Positions 56,378 through 64,000 of a stretch of DNA of 64,000 bases are shown here, in pieces. The notes below the pieces were generated by a model that saw nothing but the letters and a program-made list of their open reading frames with translations, was not told the origin of the DNA and did no database searches. A program made the translations under genes and the position numbers. Numbering within the stretch: position 1 is the stretch's first letter; every line of letters starts with the position of its first letter. This DNA is from Piedraia hortae CBS 480.64 (lineage: Eukaryota): positions 124,001 through 188,000 of the forward strand of contig MU005971.1 of the NCBI GenBank assembly GCA_010093745.1, written 5' to 3'.

Positions 56378-57543
56378 ATGATTAGAGAAGAAACTCATCA
56401 TAATCAGGCGCATGATCCCGCGCGGACGACGACTGGGATGGGATTATGTAAATCCATTCGTGATTCATCTCGGCAGGCGTACCACCCACCACTTACGAAC
56501 TATACCAGGGTCACTGTCGTAAGGGTGGATTTCGAAAACAACGACACGGACAACGTTATTCTGCACGACGAGATGGAAACCATTCTGAAATTTCAATTTG
56601 GCTGTGACGCTTGGCGCATCAGGCTTCCAGCGACAGGCTTAAGTTGGTCTCCCATTTTGAACATGATGGACATTTTCCAGAGACTTATCACAGCTGGACA
56701 TACCGAAAAGGATATGCTCGTAATCCTGATGTTTTCCGGCCAGGGGGGAATCGTCGATGGGAGATTCCACGTTGGGTTTGTAAAATGATACCGTTACGTG
56801 AACTAGCTAATCGGTTCAGTGGCGATTTCAATTGCAGAAGAGGCACTTTTACTGGAAACACACTGGACTGGCATCACATGACCGAACTAATAGCCAAGAG
56901 GGAATGCGATCAGGTCCACATCCTCGACTGCTGGTACACCGGTAAAGCAACGACGCCCTATGCTGAAGTTCTCGCCGCAACATCGGCGGCTGAAGTTGCA
57001 ACCAACGTACTTCGAGCTCACTTCAATAAGTTCCTGGTCGAAGAGCTGAAAGCCATGGACAGGCCTACTGCCTTGTCATCGCTCCATGCGCGTATCGTGG
57101 CCAAGAGTATGATGTACGGACTAGAACATTTGCCTGTCTTCGTAGGACGACACGAACGCCCACCCATCTTCCTTCAGAAGGCATATCCGATAGACCAGAT
57201 CACAGATCACCGGCAAAGGTTTAATTCTCCGCGCATCCTTCTTACGTGCCACCTTCAAGAGACTTTGGGAACGAAGGATATTGCTACATTGAAACGACAG
57301 ATGTCGGAGAACGTCCCGAAAACAGTCCATGATATTGACGTGTGTGTGGAGGGGTCCTTCAAAACGAATTCTTCTCTCCTGCTGATTTCTGTCCCTGTGG
57401 AAGTTTGGAGCTACCTTCCCAAAACTTCAGCACTCAACTTTGTGGGCCTGATTAATTCTAGAAATGAATTGTTGGGCTGTGGTGCGGAGGAGGTGCAAGA
57501 ATTGAGTATCCAGCCGTGGATGATGGAGCTTGAATCTCCGTAG
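56378..57543 (+). CDS. Caspase/peptidase C14-like fold protein, predicted catalytically inactive (~373 aa, 2 exons)
   Basis: Intron 56776-56819 (GTTTGT...CTAAT...CAG) joins the two ORFs in frame. The layout YTRVTVVRVDFE..D / LVILMFSGQG / VHILDCW / EVLAA / F...LVEEL / LHARI / VEGSF..SSLLLISVP..VW..LP..FVG..SRN matches fungal caspase-like proteins as I recall them. The start could instead be 56438. Confidence 0.7.
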
Positions 57544-60500
57544 ACCTATATTCGTATATAGGCACCAATCACATGTCATAGCCCCCCGTCAATTCTAGGG
57601 TGCGCCTAAACTATTAACTTTGGTTTGATATTATCACAGCTTTAACACGGCGCTCTTCTACTGCACATCGGCTGTGTCTGACATTGTATAACCTTCAGTC
57701 TCAGTTTCCACTGCATATGGTGGAAGACGTTTGAAGCGGATCATGGCGACAAAATCTGCACTGGCTCAAACTGGGCTGCGGATACAACTTGAAGATGCTA
57801 GAAACTTACGCTCCATGGAGGATCGCGAGATCACAGTGACTAGTTTTATACCCGCAGGTATGTTATCCTATAAAATCACAGAGCACCGGAACTTGCATAC
57901 TGAAAAGTAAAGGAATTTCGCATAAAACCGATGGACGAACTTCCTGGATTGTCGAGACTTTGAGAGCTACTTGGTTTCCAGTTTCCGCCTCCTCGCTTCA
58001 AAGACGTCCATCTGAAGCACGCAGCGCGTCGCCAAGGACGCTGCGCTCGCCTCCAGGAACATCACATGTGGATTCGTGTTCCGTTCATCATCACTTGTTT
58101 CACGTTGTCTAGCTGGGTAACTGGCAACTGTGGGACGCAAACACTTTATATCTGTCTTACATCTTTCCCCTAATATGCGTAATAGTGCTGCCTCGACTCT
58201 CGGATTGCTGCCTTCTCTCACTCGGTCCAGTTGACCCGCCGCTACCTGACATCACTCATTCCAGATAAGATCCCTGTTGCTGATATGTCGAGGCTAGTTA
58301 TGTCCCAGCAGCAAATATAAATGTTGCTCTTTTGAACGTTGCCTTTCAGCAGCACAGCATGATCATTTTGCCGTCAGCAGTACAAGATTTTCCAGATTCT
58401 GTGGTCTCAGAAAAATATGAGAAGTTCCTCAGCAGAACCTGCAAGAAAATTTATAAACCCTAAATGTGGGATAGGGTTAGGAAATTAAATGCGGATACAT
58501 TCCGCGCGCACTTTTCAAGAGCTCAGGTTGTTGCATATTGAAGTAAACCGTGCGAATCACACGGTAATCGGCATCGCACCATGCAATTGTTACCTTCAGA
58601 AGAACATATATTGTCACAGTTGACCATGTACATTCTTTGATCTTCTAGGAGTGCCCCCTGGACGTCTAATAGGGGCCAGCTCATATCCAGGATCTGGCCC
58701 CTTTGAAGGGGCCGGTGGCGGTCATCTGACCACCGATGCCACTCAGCCATAACTCCATCACGTTGAGTGATGAGATTTACTCATGCCGCCACTGACACGA
58801 GTTGTGCTCAAAGGTAGACTCGAACAGCCACGCTAGCACACACTTGCTGTTAAGCAACATGAACTATCACAAGCGGTCTGATAACGCTGAAGATGACTGT
58901 CAGCAAACCTCAGCTCTTCAGTGTCATTACTTTCGGTATAAAAAATCCAACTTTGGGCTTGCGGCACGAACACATGGGCTATCTTTCCGAATTGGGTCAC
59001 AAATGACTTAGGGCACGTTCGATTGACCTAATACCTGCTAAAGTTCTCTTCCGCAGATAGGGCGAAACCGGAATTCCTTCTATTAGCCGCCTGAAGCAGT
59101 ACAGGTCGATAAATTTAACTCCGAGGCTGTTGCGTCGAGAGACATCAGACGGCGAGCCTCTCTACTGTGCGACCTTGAAAGACACTTTTTGCATGCAGCT
59201 AAGCATGCAGGGGCTGCCAATTGCGCCGTACCCTGAAGTAGTCGTGTTCAGCTCACCCATTGCAAGCTCTGAGATGTGGCTCGAGCAGAAATGAAGCTGG
59301 ACCCTACAGACCTTCCGTCCGATGGTGAGGCTTGACATCGAAGGTACCCTGACAAGTATGTGGCTCGGAGACGCACTTGTATACCGGCAAGCAAGCTGAT
59401 CAAGCCAAACATGCCAGGTTCTTCAGATGCGAGCTTCACCACATCTCGGGCAGAAATGTTTGGGAGATCACATGAATCCCATTGTTTTGCCAACAGGCGC
59501 CAAATCCACATGCGCCAGAGCCTCAGTTGCAACTTTCAAAACAAAACGGAATCCCGGACATCTGACAAGACACAATGGCCTTCCTCATTGAAGCAGGTCT
59601 CTTGGAGACATGCCAGATCTTGGCCGTTGGCATCTCATCCAAGAGTATATAGTCTCTGCATGCAAGCATCCAACGGTTTCACCGCAAGCCACACTCTGCA
59701 CGCGGCTATACCACAACGCCTTTCTGAACGATGTAATGGAAGGTAACTCGTGAAAAACAATACAATCTTTACTCCGTCAACAGTCTTTTCGAGGCAGCTC
59801 TCCCAAGATGATGGGGCCCAGCGTGATTAACGCCTTGGTTACCGATATTGGGGTCCTCCAGATGGACTTTCAATCCATGGGCCACCGAGAGAAAGGCTGC
59901 CATTGGGTCATTACAGGCCTCCTCGCATTCCTCGCCGATGATGCGGCAGCGCCTGACCTTTTGCCAATAGACTAGCTTGTAAGGCAACGATACAAACTGG
60001 CTGCTGCTATGTATCGTTAAATTTACGACCATACAGTTGTGCACGATAGATTTATGTATCATGACGAAAAGGCGCAGAGCAGGCTTTCGTTCCATGAGAG
60101 GGCCATGTACGAAAAGACAAACCACCGGATCTCCAGAGCGTGGTATCGCAAGTCCGGAATGCCATCCTCGTGTGCAGCTCAGGTTTTAGAGAAGTCCACT
60201 GCCATCAAGAAAGAGCGTCCACCATTGCTTCAGGAGAAGAGGAGTACAAGACCGTGTGGCCCTAATGCCACCCATACCCGATAAGAATGTCACTTCACGA
60301 CATTTCTGCCAAAGGACTGCGGCCAACATGTGCCGGTTGCCAGGAAAAGACGTCGCGACAGGAGTCACAAATCCTGCTGAGTGCGTTAACCGGGACTTGC
60401 TTGGCGGAAATAAGCGTCGTCTAACGCAGCTTAACGACCTTGAGGATTTTAACTCCCATCAAGTACCCGTGGATTGATATGCTGGACGACGCCGAGTTTG

Positions 60501-60831
60501 GCAGGGATGTAGAAGGCTTTGCATCGTGTGCTACTGCCATTAATCGCGAAGGATTCGAGAGCTTCCAAGCATGCAAGAGGCTGACAAATTAGAACAAGTC
60601 CCTCACAGGAATGGACTACAAAATTCTGATGCAAGTATTTCCAGCAGTCCTGATGTCTTTCTACGTCTCCAAGGATGGCTTAAAAGACAGAGAATAGAAT
60701 ATCGTTCACCTCTGGTTCACCGCCGCAGAGCTGACCATTTTGATCTGGAGATCGGAGACTTGGCAGTCTGGCCCAGCCGAATCCACGAAAGAAGCGAGGA
60801 GCTAGTCAAGGTCTGGAACGAGCTCTGGGAC

Positions 60832-61032
60832 TGTTACGGGCTAGCACTTTCGTCCCATTGTTGTTCCATGGGTGCGGTTCACCAGGCGCGCGCGTGCGCG
60901 ATACGCGCGCTTTCTTGTGCAGGAGCTCATGAGTACATAGCAGGCCCTCTGGCTCTCTGGCCCTCTATATCTTCCATAAGAGACAATATTTTGCTCGAAC
61001 CTGGGTCCGTACCCCCAGTACTTCCCTTCACA
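60832..61032 (+). mobile_element. Solo LTR, family 2 (201 bp)
   Basis: TGTTACGGG...TTCACA ends. Inverted homolog of 37754-37933 with an extra CG-rich duplication. Confidence 0.85.
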
Positions 61033-63335
61033 GACACTTCGGATTAATCAGACGCCGAACGAAGCTGCACCACCTCTTGCAAATGCCAATGGGGGTGAAA
61101 CTATTCGGACCCATCCAGGGGTAAGCGTAGAGATCCAAGAAAGCGACAACAAGTTTGTTAGGTGGCAGCTCGAACACACCAACCGGTTCGCCGTTGCTCG
61201 CGATGTTGCCAACAGAGCTAGGTTCACGATATTGGGGCTTTCCAAAGTTGCTTAATAGACTTGTCACACGATACCTATCGCGCTGTGCATGTCATTATCC
61301 CGAATTTGGTTCCACGATAGCCTTACCTGCCGTGAAATCCCGCGATAATCAATCTCGCGAAAGGCCTACTTTGCGAATCTGGGGTCGCCACGCCCTTTGG
61401 ACAATATCAACCATCCACAGTGTCTCCCCAAAACTTCGTAATAACTCACACATCCGAAAAGAAGCGAGTTCAACAGCAGCTTGAGAAAACGCTTCACCTT
61501 GAAGAGAAACTTCACCAGCGCCTGGAAGTCGAAAACGAGCATCTGATCGTCATTCCAACCTTACGAAACGCCCCTAAGCGCTCCCTGAAGGAGTTCTCGA
61601 TATCTGGAAGATTGGACCGGCCTTCCTCGACTTGAAGATATTGGGCTTTTGTTCAGGCGCTTAATGGAGAATGGGTTCCGCTTATGTCTCGTCAGTGTTT
61701 TGAGCAAATCGGGAGACTGAACATCCTGTGTTCTAAAACGAGTGTAATATCCCATAGGCATTCCCAGAAGTCCAGTTAGCTCTCTTCAGAGGGCAACGAG
61801 ACTATTAGCCGTGCGCAAGATCTACAAGTGGGAAGCGGCACGGTTTTGTTGTGTTAAACCGCGTTGTGACTGCCCTTATTTCGCTCAGAGGTCAGATTGT
61901 TTACTGGCCCCCTACGAACAGATATTGTGAAGGGTTGGCGTGATCATTGAGACACCCTAAGTCATGGCCACTGTTACATCAACTGGAAGGGTGAACCGGG
62001 CTTGCCTGTCACAGCTGCCAGCGATAGCGAAAGTTCAATTCTTTGCGTGGATGTAGGTGAATTCTCCTCTGATGTTCCAGCAGTGACCTCCATCAGCGTC
62101 GATCGCGATTCTTTCTTCCGGGACACTATATCTTCGCCGACAAGGCATACCCGAAGACCACCATGTCGGTACCCCTCTTCAAACGCCCGCACGAGAGGCT
62201 GCATGAGAGCAAGCCCACGTATTTTAGCGAATAGGGTGAAGATGGAGCACGCGTTTGGGATGATGGAAAGGATTTTGGGCACTGTTTATGGATTTTGATT
62301 GAAGGAGGATAAGGTGTGTTGCAAATGAACCTACATAGCAGCATTCTGAATGTGGATGGAGGATATGTTCGAGGGTGAGGCTACCGCACGATATGGTCAA
62401 TTTCTATTCTGTTGAGAAGGTAGAAGCGAGGCCGAAGACGGCTGGGGAACAGAGGACCCAGCCGCAGAGGATAAAAGCCATGCGGGGAAAGGGAAAAAGG
62501 ACATCAAGGCGGCGGAAGAGTAGAAGTGGTTCATAGTCTACAAAACACCCTTCTGCCCAAACGACTTTCCAGATTCCCTGAAATGTACTCGCCAACGCCA
62601 CAGGCAGCTTCTTGTGACAAGAGCGCGTGTGGAGGATCTATTTGCACCGTTTATGTGAAAGAAAGCTTCCATGCTGGTTGATAGTCACGAAGGGGAATGC
62701 CAGTGCTTTGGGTGTAGCCCGGGGGTTTGGGGGTGGAGAGCCATGCGGTGAGACTGGTCAGGCGGAGTGATCTACTGGTGGACAATGGGGCTCTGGGATT
62801 CTGATTGTGATGTCAGTCACTGGAACTCGGTTGATAGGTTTTAGTTTGCACGATCTGAGTTTTCTCAGAAGGTCGCAGATGTTGAGTCGTATAACTAAAC
62901 TGTCATTCGCCCTCTCAGATAGCTCAAATCCACCCGCCCTTGGGGTATCAAATTTGACATCGCGGTGTTGGGGTGGAATGCTATGAAGACGTATCGTCTA
63001 CAATGATATTGAGTATATGGAGCAGGGTGAGAAAGACGATCTTGGCATCGGCAGATCTCTAAACCCTGGGGAGGTGGAATCGTATAGATTGGCGGAATTA
63101 TAGCTCTGTTTCCACCCACGGAAGATACATAGTCACGATACACGGGCATACGAATCTACCCTCCCCTGACTCATACCGCCCAGCTACAACCCCAAAGACC
63201 ACTATTTAGTAGCCCATGTGAACCCTCCTTCCACTTCAACGCCATCGAAACCACACTAGGAGAAGCATCACCTTCACAAAAACAGATTACACATATATAT
63301 CTCACCCCCCCCAACACCCCTACCTCTCAAGCAAA

Positions 63336-64000
63336 TTACAACTGTCCCCCCAGAATCGCCTCCGTCGCGGAACCAATATACTGTCTCCTCGCGTCGAGCG
63401 GAACACCAAACCTCCTCTCCAACTCAATCTTAATCGTCTTTTTTGTCACAGTCATGAGGTCCGCATTTCGCAGGATATCCCTAATTTCCGCTAGCAGCGC
63501 ATCGTCAGAAGGCTGCTGGTCCATTCCCGCCGCGCCGGAGACTTCCATATCCATGAACCCACCAGCGCCGCCCGTTGCGCCTCCGCCTGCGCCTGCATCG
63601 GAGTACAGAGACAGACGCGATGCGTTTTGTGGCAGTGGAGGGTGGAGGGTTGTTTGTGGAAGGTGGGACATGGGACGGGAGTATTTCGTCGCGTAGCTGA
63701 ATCCGGAGACTTCGCTGCGGGTGTCGAGATCTGGCATGGCACCGTGTTGGGTTTGGGCTTCCCAGAGGCCGCGCTGGTAGTCTTCCCAGCGCATTTTGGG
63801 GATGCTGGATGGGTCAAAGGGCTCTTCTTCTGTGACGAGGATTTCTTTGCCGTTTTCGCCCGTGATGAGACGCGTGCTGCCCCAGCTGAAATCGTCCATT
63901 TTCCAGAATGCGTAGAGGGGAAGGGCGCAGGCGAAAACGGGTGTGGCCAGCATGTAGATGATCATCCAGCCAATCATTTCCCATTTGCGGCGGACGATGA
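63336..64000 (-). CDS. Chitin synthase class V (myosin-motor type), C-terminal part with DEK-C domain; 5' part outside the window
   Basis: [15 protein letters not shown] and [15 protein letters not shown] motifs, then a DEK-C domain ([31 protein letters not shown]). Confidence 0.93.
   Translation of the reverse strand, partial: IVRRKWEMIGWMIIYMLATPVFACALPLYAFWKMDDFSWGSTRLITGENGKEILVTEEEPFDPSSIPKMRWEDYQRGLWEAQTQHGAMPDLDTRSEVSGFSYATKYSRPMSHLPQTTLHPPLPQNASRLSLYSDAGAGGGATGGAGGFMDMEVSGAAGMDQQPSDDALLAEIRDILRNADLMTVTKKTIKIELERRFGVPLDARRQYIGSATEAILGGQL

Noticed and set aside
1..64000. tRNA, rRNA or CRISPR arrays
   Set aside because: No cloverleaf, rRNA-like segment or repeat-spacer array recognised by eye; a covariance-model scan would be needed to exclude small RNAs.

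Overview
Fungal (filamentous ascomycete, probably Dothideomycete-like) genomic DNA with short GT-AG introns. Compact blocks of housekeeping genes (SEC7, LAT1, a BAR protein, EF-3, a peroxisomal MDR oxidoreductase, ACH1, thiolase, a SulP transporter, END3, an ArAE/FUSC-like membrane protein, eEF2, an HFL1/TMEM184 protein, a transcriptional cyclin and a class V chitin synthase) alternate with three gene-poor accessory blocks (about 13.0-16.7, 27-45 and 52.7-63.3 kb). These blocks hold a decayed, nested Ty1/copia element, at least eight LTRs from several families, and gene relics. The most unusual content is three intact, spliceable genes inside the decayed blocks whose family-defining residues are gone. 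Two are ~50%-identical AMMECR1-like paralogs lacking the LRGCIG motif. The third is a caspase-fold protein with both catalytic dyad positions substituted. Family assignments rest on motif recognition by eye; no database search was run.
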